Assembly (NCBI GenBank): GCA_964510165.1
Contig: CAZEBC010000042.1
Span: 1,732-16,727, forward strand
Direction of reading: 5' to 3'
DNA: 14,996 nt
From: an uncultured bacterium
GTDB taxonomy: Bacteria; Abyssobacteria; SURF-5
Part shown: positions 8,110 to 14,996 of the stretch, one piece after another
Layout: the number at the start of each line of letters is the position of its first letter
Numbering within the stretch: the stretch's first letter is position 1
Program-made: the position numbers and the translations under genes
Notes under the pieces: generated by a model
Database searches by the model: none
What the model was told of the DNA's origin: nothing
The model's input: only the letters and a program-made list of their open reading frames with translations

Positions 8110-9969
8110 CTACAATCTCTTAGCCACTTCCGTGAGACCTACGGCAGCGAGCTTGTCCTTGCGCGGAACGCCCTTCATGTCCAGCCCACGCAGGTCATAA
8201 TACTCCTTCATCATCATCTCGATATCGGGAACCGACCCTGCCGCGCCGCCCTCCTTGGTCGCCGTCAGGATTTTCTTCGGCAGTTTGTCATCCTCGACCG
8301 TGACGCCCATCATGTTGTTGAGCGCGCGTTTGAGCAGCCAGATGCGCTCGCCGATCTTCATCAGGTCCTCCACGGTATACTTGCGGCCCGTCGTCGTGTT
8401 GAGCATCTTCACCATATCGTTGAAATCGAGCGAGGCCGCTCCGAAGTAGCACAAGCCGCTGGATTGCAGCACCGACGCGAGGTTTTCGGTTATCCACACG
8501 AGCTTGCCCTTGCCCTCGCTCGACTGGCCGATGTACCCGCCCTCCAGGCCGACCTCAGGCATCGCCACGCCGCCCTGTTCAGCGAACAAGTCGAGATGCG
8601 ACAGGTGGCACGCGCCGCGGATGGACATCGCGTATGCAAGCCCAAGCCCGTGGAACGCGCGCGGGTCATGCATCGGCGCCTCGAGACCCTTTACCTCGCT
8701 CGTCAGCTCAGATGCGCCCTTGCCGATCTTCTTCGCGGCGGCGCGGCTTCCCTCAGCGAGCAGGTTGCCGATGCCTTCGCGCTTCGCGATCTTCTGGACG
8801 AGTTGAATCACGGCGTCGGCATTGCCCCAGTTGAGCTTAAGGCCGCCGGTATCCTTGTCGGTCAGGATTCCCGCCTCGTAGCAATCAATCGCGAACGCGC
8901 ATGTGCACCCGCACGAGATCGAGTCGAGCCCCAGCCGGTTCACGAGTTCATTCAGCTTGTTGACTGCCGCCTGGTTGCAGATCATGCACATCGTGCCGAA
9001 CGCGCCCATCGTCTCGTACTCGGGGCCGGCGCCGGGTCCCATTTTGTACGGGCCTTCCTTCACCTCGACGTTGCGCTTGCAGCCGATGGGGCAGCCGTAG
9101 CACGCCGAGCCCTTGGTCAGATACTTCTCGTTCATCACCATCGAGCTGAGTTCGTTCGCGCATTCCATGTCCTCGCCGAGCGACCAGTTCTTCGTCGGCA
9201 CGTCGCCCTGCGTCATGCCCATAACCATGCCCGCATTGGTTCCCATTGACTTGAGCGCCATGGTGAACATGCCCTCGTTCACCTTGTCCATCGTGACCTT
9301 GCGAATTTCGGCGAAACCCTCGGCGTCGGCGGGCGCGAGCTTCGCCGTGCCCCTGACCGCGACCGCCTTGAGCTTCTTCGAGCCCATGACCGCGCCCAAG
9401 CCGGTGCGGCCCGCGTAGTCGTGCTTGCCGTCGGCGATGTTGGCGAACTTGACGAGGTTCTCGCCCGCCGGCCCGATCGAGATGTTTCTGATTGCCGGCT
9501 TGCCCTCGTACCTCTGCGCCAGTATGTCGGCCACCTCGTAAGTGTCCTTGCCCCACAGGTCAGATGCGTCCTTGAGTTCTGCCTTGCTGTCCTCAATAAG
9601 CAGCATCACCGGTTTCTTCGATTGGCCGCGAACGACAATGCCGTCCCAGCCCGCGAACTTCAGGTAAGGCCCGAAGTTGCCGCCCGAGTTGGCCTCGCCC
9701 CAGATGCCGGTCAGCGGCGACTTCGCCGCCACGCTGAATCGGGGCGTCGCCGGCAGACCCGTGCCGGTCAGCGGGCCGGTCAGGATGTAAAGGTTGTTCT
9801 GTGGGCCGAGCGGATCGCAATCCACGGGCACGCCGTCGTCGAAAAAAAGTTTCGCCGCCAGCCCGCTCCCGCCGATATAATCGCGGAGCGTCTTTTCATC
9901 GAGAGTGCGCGTGGAAATCTTTCCAGACGAAAGGTCAACATCCAGCAGTTTACCACTCTGTGTCGCCAT
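8110..9969 (-). CDS. aor: Aldehyde:ferredoxin oxidoreductase family (tungstopterin, 4Fe-4S)
   Basis: 619 aa; AKSPLTG..EANSGG, GRTGLGAVMGSKKLKA, CYGCPIGC, PEYET, GLDSISCG, HDPR, RGACHL, GLCYF; RBS AGGAG. Confidence 0.96.
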   Translation of the reverse strand: MATQSGKLLDVDLSSGKISTRTLDEKTLRDYIGGSGLAAKLFFDDGVPVDCDPLGPQNNLYILTGPLTGTGLPATPRFSVAAKSPLTGIWGEANSGGNFGPYLKFAGWDGIVVRGQSKKPVMLLIEDSKAELKDASDLWGKDTYEVADILAQRYEGKPAIRNISIGPAGENLVKFANIADGKHDYAGRTGLGAVMGSKKLKAVAVRGTAKLAPADAEGFAEIRKVTMDKVNEGMFTMALKSMGTNAGMVMGMTQGDVPTKNWSLGEDMECANELSSMVMNEKYLTKGSACYGCPIGCKRNVEVKEGPYKMGPGAGPEYETMGAFGTMCMICNQAAVNKLNELVNRLGLDSISCGCTCAFAIDCYEAGILTDKDTGGLKLNWGNADAVIQLVQKIAKREGIGNLLAEGSRAAAKKIGKGASELTSEVKGLEAPMHDPRAFHGLGLAYAMSIRGACHLSHLDLFAEQGGVAMPEVGLEGGYIGQSSEGKGKLVWITENLASVLQSSGLCYFGAASLDFNDMVKMLNTTTGRKYTVEDLMKIGERIWLLKRALNNMMGVTVEDDKLPKKILTATKEGGAAGSVPDIEMMMKEYYDLRGLDMKGVPRKDKLAAVGLTEVAKRL

Positions 9970-10022
9970 GACAGTATCTCCTGTTTGCGGTCATTCGAGG
10001 ACAGACTTCCGATAGCGGCACT

Positions 10023-10051
10023 ATTCTAACACTTCCCCCCGAAGATGTAAA
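10023..10051 (-). promoter_or_regulatory. sigma-70 promoter of aor
   Basis: Minus strand TTTACA (10051-10046), 17 nt, TAGAAT (10028-10023) with extended -10 TGn. Confidence 0.65.
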
Positions 10052-10125
10052 CGGGCCGTCTTTCCTTTGGGGCGCCTTCCGAGCTAATTCTTGGTTAAAT
10101 AGGCCTCCTGATTCTCATCCGATCC

Positions 10126-12627
10126 TCAGAACTTCTCCAGCTCGCCGGCCAAAAAGGCCTTCGCGAAGAAGTCCGGACTGTCGTCGCTGTCCATCAGCAT
10201 GTCGAGTTGTCGCGTGCACAAAGTCAGTCTTCCTAGGTCCGCGAGGCGGGTCAATATGGTCTCGCGGTCATATTTTTCAAGGCGCGCCACCATCATGTCG
10301 CGCCTGCATTGAACCCGAAAATCGAGGCTTTCCAGGACCATGGAGATAAACCGGCAGCGACGTGCTCGCCGGACCTCGTTTGCGCCGCCGCCCTCGAACC
10401 GAAAATGAATATAGTTCTTATTGATGCTCTTGCCGCAGTACGTGTCCACGGTGTTAAAGTGATAACCCGCCTTGGTGCTGAAATTCATGTACCGATCTGA
10501 AATGATCGCGAACGAGCGCTTGCCCACTCCCTGAGCTTCCGGCGGCGGCCCGGCTACGCCTCCGCCCAGCACGGACATGAACCCTCTTGCAGACACCGAC
10601 CTGGGTTTGTCCCACTTGTTTCGCTCGTCCAGAAGGCCTTCCAGAAACGCTTTCAATGGGGCGCTCTGGATATCCGAAAGAGGCACCCGGTCGGTATTGC
10701 CGGCCCCCTCCACAAGACCGCCTCCGACATCGAGCAGGAAGACGTCGTAAGGCAGGTGTCCTTCGAGCTTGAGCGCATATCGCTGGCTCTTGCGCGCGCG
10801 GTCGCCAAACCAGAAGATGGACTCGAAGACCTTCTCGTGTATGAACCGCGTGATATCGTGGACTGACGTGCAGTGCGAGGGCGCGAAGTTCCGTGCGTTT
10901 GGGTCTATCAGATGGAGCGGCGTCACGAAACTCGCGATCCGCCGGAGCTTCTGCATGGCAGGGGATTCATAAAGCGATTTGGGGTCCCTGCCTTGCGCGG
11001 CCATTGGCAAGATACCCTCGAAAACCCGGGTGGTATCCGCGTTGACGGTCACCTCGTCATAATTCTCCAGCACCTTAATCGCTCCTTCCATTCCCACGAT
11101 TGTCGGCACCCGGAATTCGCGCGCCAGGATGGCCATGTGCCCGGATGGTGAACCTTTTTCCGTGATGATTGCCGCACATTGGGTCATAACCCTGGAAAAC
11201 TTGGGTGACGAATGTTTCGCCACGAGAACGCCTCCGATCGGGAAGCGGTCCAGGTCATCATCACTGCGCAGAATGGACACCGGCCCCGCGCCTATCCCCG
11301 GACACGCCATAATTCCCCCCGAAATCAGGGGATTATCCGGCTCCGGACTCACAAGCCCATTAGTGGATATCGGCCCCATGACGCCCATCGGCCTGCACTG
11401 CAGGATGTACAGCTTGTCGTTCCGCTCAAGCGCCCATTCTATATCCTGGGGCCCGCCAAAATGGGTTTCAATCACGCGCGCCGCATGCCTGAGCGCGGAG
11501 CGACCCGCCGGTTCGAGACTTGACTCTGAAGCGCTCTCTTCAGCATGTTCTGAGAGAACCATCTCCTCGGCGCTCATCCCGCCGCGCGTGATCGTATCTG
11601 AAAGACCGGATGTCGCGCTGACGACGACGTGGTCGGCCTGCGGGTCCTGAAAGTCTCGTGAGAACATGATGCCGCTGTATCGGGGCTCCAGCATCTTGAT
11701 AACGCCGACCGCCATCTTGCTGTCGGCAACTGTGAGGCCGTGCTCAAGTCGGTAGGACACCGGCTCCAAGCCATATGAGCTGGCAATCACATGCTTATAT
11801 GCGTCCAGCAGCCAATCCCGGCCTACGTTCAACTCCGTGAGATACTGGCCCGCGTGGGAGGCGGCTTTGTCCTCGCCCACCGCGCTGCTCCTCACTGCCA
11901 CCAGTATCTCCTGCCCTTCCGACAAACGATCGAAAGCGTTGAAAATCTCGGCCTCCACTGCCGCCGGCACTGGCGCCGATATTATGGACTTTTGGACTTC
12001 GCGGCACGCCTCGGCGGCCACGTGTGAGCCGTATAAGTCCAGAACCTCCTCCAGCCTGCCCGCCCACTCCCACAATCCATTCTCCGACATGAATTGATGA
12101 AAAGCCACAGTCGTTATCACAAAGCCGTCAGGCACGTTCATTCCAAGGACATTCCTGACTTCTCCGAGATTGGACATCTTGGTTCCGCCCAGGCCGGCGT
12201 CATCCTGTCTAAGACGTTCCAGGGGAATCACCAGAGGGCCCTTCAGGGTATCGGCGGATTCATCGTATTTCAAATCGATTTCCGCATAGATGCGGCGTAA
12301 TGCCGCGTACAGATCGGTATATTTCCCTTCCGTGATGTCATTCAAGGCCCTTATCATGGCCGAGACATCCAGCATTACGCGATGGATGCGCTGCATTATT
12401 CCGGAAAGAGAAAACCGCTCTCGCCCGAGGAGGTGGTCCTCGATGTCCGCAAACAGCTCGAGAGCGGAGTCATTCACCTTCAGAATGGTGTGGAAACGTT
12501 CGTAGATGAGCTTCAGATGCTCGGCCTCTGCCCTCTTCTCCTCAGCTTTGCTTCGGCTTCGGACAATCAGCTCAGCCAGCGATTTGAGTCTTTGCCAGAA
12601 GGCCGTCTTATCGTTCGTGTTGCTCAT
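10126..12627 (-). CDS. PEP-synthase/PPDK-like protein (ATP-grasp plus phosphohistidine swivel plus atypical C-terminal domain)
   Basis: 833 aa; GGTKMSNLGE, VPDGFVIT, AVRSSAVGED, SHAGQY, DIEWA, ILQCRP, GSPSGHMAILAREFRVP. The C-terminal ~290 aa (HDITRFIHE, AGYHFNTVD, NYIHFRFEGG, TRQLDM) show no PEP-synthase TIM-barrel motifs that I can recognise. Confidence 0.9.
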   Translation of the reverse strand: MSNTNDKTAFWQRLKSLAELIVRSRSKAEEKRAEAEHLKLIYERFHTILKVNDSALELFADIEDHLLGRERFSLSGIMQRIHRVMLDVSAMIRALNDITEGKYTDLYAALRRIYAEIDLKYDESADTLKGPLVIPLERLRQDDAGLGGTKMSNLGEVRNVLGMNVPDGFVITTVAFHQFMSENGLWEWAGRLEEVLDLYGSHVAAEACREVQKSIISAPVPAAVEAEIFNAFDRLSEGQEILVAVRSSAVGEDKAASHAGQYLTELNVGRDWLLDAYKHVIASSYGLEPVSYRLEHGLTVADSKMAVGVIKMLEPRYSGIMFSRDFQDPQADHVVVSATSGLSDTITRGGMSAEEMVLSEHAEESASESSLEPAGRSALRHAARVIETHFGGPQDIEWALERNDKLYILQCRPMGVMGPISTNGLVSPEPDNPLISGGIMACPGIGAGPVSILRSDDDLDRFPIGGVLVAKHSSPKFSRVMTQCAAIITEKGSPSGHMAILAREFRVPTIVGMEGAIKVLENYDEVTVNADTTRVFEGILPMAAQGRDPKSLYESPAMQKLRRIASFVTPLHLIDPNARNFAPSHCTSVHDITRFIHEKVFESIFWFGDRARKSQRYALKLEGHLPYDVFLLDVGGGLVEGAGNTDRVPLSDIQSAPLKAFLEGLLDERNKWDKPRSVSARGFMSVLGGGVAGPPPEAQGVGKRSFAIISDRYMNFSTKAGYHFNTVDTYCGKSINKNYIHFRFEGGGANEVRRARRCRFISMVLESLDFRVQCRRDMMVARLEKYDRETILTRLADLGRLTLCTRQLDMLMDSDDSPDFFAKAFLAGELEKF

Positions 12628-12660
12628 GCCTTGGAAAGAGGGAATCCCGGACTTTACGAA

Positions 12661-12972
12661 TCAGTGTCCGCCGCCGCTTTTTTTCAGCTCATCCTGCTTG
12701 GCAAGATTCATGAGGCGGCCCACTTTATTCTGTCCGGCCTCCTCCTTGTACGCGACGCGAACAAGATCGCCAACCCCGGGTTCTGCCCCGATATCCGCGC
12801 CCTCCAGCGAGAAAAGCATCTCCTGGTTGGGCGCGGCTTCATTCTTGATGACGACCTGCTTCGCAATCGCGTCGTAACTGACCACGGTTCCCTGGAAAAC
12901 CTGAGGGCTTTCGCATGAGGCAACCGCGAAAGCCATAAACGCCGCGAACGCGGCCCATTTCAGTCTCTTCAT
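12661..12972 (-). CDS. Small lipoprotein of unknown function
   Basis: RBS GGAGG; MKRLKWAAFAAFMAFAVAS-C20 lipobox; beta-rich mature part (QGTVVSYD...GDLVRVAY); C-terminal GGGH. Confidence 0.85.
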   Translation of the reverse strand: MKRLKWAAFAAFMAFAVASCESPQVFQGTVVSYDAIAKQVVIKNEAAPNQEMLFSLEGADIGAEPGVGDLVRVAYKEEAGQNKVGRLMNLAKQDELKKSGGGH

Positions 12973-12996
12973 TTCCCGCCTCCATATTATAGCGCA

Positions 12997-14034
12997 TTAA
13001 TGCGTCCAATTGCCTCTGTTCCTGTTTTCCGACCGCTCTTTGATAATACCACGCACCAGCAGCAGAATGATGACCGAACTGATGCCGATCCCCGCGGAAA
13101 GGATGAGCGTGGCGGATGCTGCCTGAAATTCAAGCTGCTTCATCAGCACTGACGCGCAGGCAACGAAAATGGTGACTGCGAAAAGGAGCCGGATAAAGTA
13201 TCCGCGCACATACTTGACCGCCACGGTTCCGAGTTGCGCGCCCATGGCCGCTCCCAGGAGCATCCACATGGCCGCCACCAGGTCCACGCGGCCCTTAACG
13301 CTGTAGGTGAACGCGCCGTACGCCCCGGTAACCATTACCTCGAACAGGTCCGTGCCAACGGCCACCAATGTGGGACAGCCCACCAGGTAAATCAATGCCG
13401 GCATCCTGATGAAACCCCCGCCAACCCCCAGCACGCTGGCCACAACGCCAGTGACCAGACCGACCAGCACCGGCAGCCATAGTGAGCAGGTGATACGTGA
13501 AGCCTTGAAATAAATCATGGGAGGGATATTGATTCGTTGCAGTTTCTGCGCCGCAGTCATGCGAGCGGGCTGACTTGCGGTTGTGCCTTCTCGCACGTGT
13601 TTTCCCTGGCTCATCACATGGCTGATGTAGTCATAGAGCACATAGCTTCCGATCAACGCCAGGAATACGACATATGCTTTGCGGATGTAGGATTCGGCCA
13701 GGCCCACGCGCTCCAGATACATGACGAGCTTGGCGCCCAGCTCCATCCCTATGGTGGTCCCGATGATCATCGAAACCGCCAACCGCACATCAACATTGCC
13801 GAATTTTCCGTGGCGTATGGTGCTGACGATTGACTTGCCGCCCATGTGAGCCAGGTCGGTCCCAATGGCGTAGGGCATGGGAAACCCAAAGATGTTGAGG
13901 GCGGGAGTCACTATCCACGCCCCTCCAATTCCGAAAAAGCCGCCGCACACGCCCACCGTAAACCCGATGAGCAGGAGCAGCAACACATTGAACTCTATCC
14001 CCGCAATGACGAGATATATGTTAAAGATATCCAC
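12997..14034 (-). CDS. Sulfite exporter TauE/SafE family membrane transporter
   Basis: GTG start with AAAGGA RBS; two repeats, GGFFGIGGAWIVTPAL..AIGTDL and ASVLGVGGGFIRMPALIY..AVGTDL; GNVD and GRVD loops. Confidence 0.93.
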   Translation of the reverse strand: MDIFNIYLVIAGIEFNVLLLLLIGFTVGVCGGFFGIGGAWIVTPALNIFGFPMPYAIGTDLAHMGGKSIVSTIRHGKFGNVDVRLAVSMIIGTTIGMELGAKLVMYLERVGLAESYIRKAYVVFLALIGSYVLYDYISHVMSQGKHVREGTTASQPARMTAAQKLQRINIPPMIYFKASRITCSLWLPVLVGLVTGVVASVLGVGGGFIRMPALIYLVGCPTLVAVGTDLFEVMVTGAYGAFTYSVKGRVDLVAAMWMLLGAAMGAQLGTVAVKYVRGYFIRLLFAVTIFVACASVLMKQLEFQAASATLILSAGIGISSVIILLLVRGIIKERSENRNRGNWTH

Positions 14035-14059
14035 GGCGAATTCCTTTCATGATTTTGGG

Positions 14060-14395
14060 CTATTCATGGTGATCGAGCTTACCCAGGTCAATACCCAGGA
14101 AGCCGATCAGACGGTCGAAGGACAGTCCCAGCACCAGTCCCATGCCGGCCATAATCCCCACCACCAGAAGCCCATAGAGCCAGTAATTATTGTTATAGAT
14201 GTCGGCCACCCATTTACTGAAGCCGGGTTCAACCATCCTGGTGTCAGCCACGTTCACCAGCTTGGTTGCCGGTTTGCCGCCCCCGGCCGCCATGGCCGCC
14301 GATGTCATAAGCAGGAGTCCGATTGAACTGGCCGCGGCAATCCATCCGCGTAACCTCTTTAGAAAGTTTGTTTTCTTCTGCCGGAAGACACCCAT
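14060..14395 (-). CDS. DVU0150-like small membrane protein
   Basis: RBS AGAGGAG; signal-like segment ending AMA-A; KLVNVADTR, WVADIYN, transmembrane helix, GIDLGKLDHHE. Family name recalled from motif and position upstream of a TauE gene. Confidence 0.8.
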   Translation of the reverse strand: MGVFRQKKTNFLKRLRGWIAAASSIGLLLMTSAAMAAGGGKPATKLVNVADTRMVEPGFSKWVADIYNNNYWLYGLLVVGIMAGMGLVLGLSFDRLIGFLGIDLGKLDHHE

Positions 14396-14617
14396 TTTTC
14401 TCTCCTCTCTGTGTCAACTTGTTGTCCGACAATTGGTTTGGGGTTCTCGCCGCCGAGTTACATGCTGCCGAAATGGTGAGGGAAACGCGGCTTGTGGAGG
14501 ATTCTCATAGGGGTCTGCATAATTTGCACATCTCAACTGTCGTCCCTTACTGAATCCGACGCGGTTCCGGGATTTCCCTTCCAATTGGCGTTCTGGCATC
14601 GCCGCCTCCTATCATGG

Positions 14618-14633
14618 AGCAATTGTCATGCCT
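14618..14633 (-). promoter_or_regulatory. sigma-54 (-24/-12) promoter
   Basis: Minus strand AGGCATGACAATTGCT: GG-N10-GC, close to consensus TGGCACGnnnnTTGCW; about 220 nt upstream of the DVU0150-like ATG. Confidence 0.7.
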
Positions 14634-14726
14634 TAGATTTATCTTGGTTTTGGGGCCATCCGATGCGCAAAATTTGCATTTTCCGAGGGAGAAAGACGCG
14701 AGATCGGAGGAAATGGAAGGAATGGG

Positions 14727-14764
14727 TGACGGAATACTTTACACCCTGTCAGAAATCCTGACAG
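14727..14764. promoter_or_regulatory. Tandem palindromic sites, putative upstream activating sequences for a sigma-54 activator
   Basis: Perfect CTGTCAG-N5-CTGACAG (14746-14764) plus degenerate copy TGACGGAATACTTTACA (14727-14743) offset by 20 bp; about 95-130 bp upstream of the -24 element. Confidence 0.55.
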
Positions 14765-14853
14765 AAGCCAGATTTCTCTCGGAGGAGTTTCTACGCATCC
14801 ACGGCGTGATGTCCCTCGTTCGAGAAGGTCCGTCGCGACCGGGATTGCTCATC

Positions 14854-14994
14854 TCAGAACTTGTCGAACTCATTGTTCAGAAACGCCTTGCTAAAGAATT
14901 GCGGGCTTTCGTCCGAATCCATCAACATGTCGAGTTGCCTTGAGCACATGGTGAGCCGGCCCAGGTCCGCCAGGCGGGCATAGATGTCCTCGGA
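14854..14994 (-). CDS. C-terminal end of a second PEP-synthase-like paralogue (5' part outside the window)
   Basis: Not in the ORF track. Reads SEDIYARLADLGRLTMCSRQLDMLMDSDESPQFFSKAFLNNEFDKF-stop; 33 of 46 residues identical to the C-terminus of the 10126-12627 protein by hand alignment. Confidence 0.92.
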   Translation of the reverse strand, partial: SEDIYARLADLGRLTMCSRQLDMLMDSDESPQFFSKAFLNNEFDKF

Positions 14995-14996
14995 CT

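Noticed and set aside
7828-9249. 473-aa plus-strand ORF (also 9421..10029)
   Set aside because: Antisense shadow of the GC3-rich aor gene; no recognisable motifs.
14492-14943. Plus-strand ORFs 14492..14761 and 14614..14943
   Set aside because: They cover the regulatory region and the antisense of the paralogue's C-terminus; no motifs.
1-14996. CRISPR array, transposase or tandem repeat array
   Set aside because: No regularly spaced repeats or mobile-element genes seen on either strand.

Overview
GC-rich anaerobic bacterial chromosome segment. The left part is mostly housekeeping: the 5' part of a prepilin-like (DUF1559-type) gene running off the left edge, a ~152-nt rod-shaped non-coding RNA with 6S RNA architecture, a uroporphyrinogen-decarboxylase-superfamily gene, tRNA-Arg(TCT) and tRNA-His(GTG), a coupled DUF1318 lipoprotein-thiL-inositol monophosphatase run, a DUF2905 gene and a polytopic GT-C-like membrane protein. 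The middle has an intact MNT nucleotidyltransferase gene whose HEPN partner survives only as an internally deleted scar, and an aldehyde:ferredoxin oxidoreductase with its own promoter and terminator. The right part is a minus-strand module of unknown function (DVU0150-like membrane protein, TauE/SafE transporter, small lipoprotein, PEP-synthase-like dikinase with an atypical C-terminal domain). It lies behind a sigma-54-type promoter with tandem palindromic enhancer-like sites, and the 3' end of a second dikinase paralogue sits at the right edge. All family calls come from motifs recognised by eye; no searches were run.
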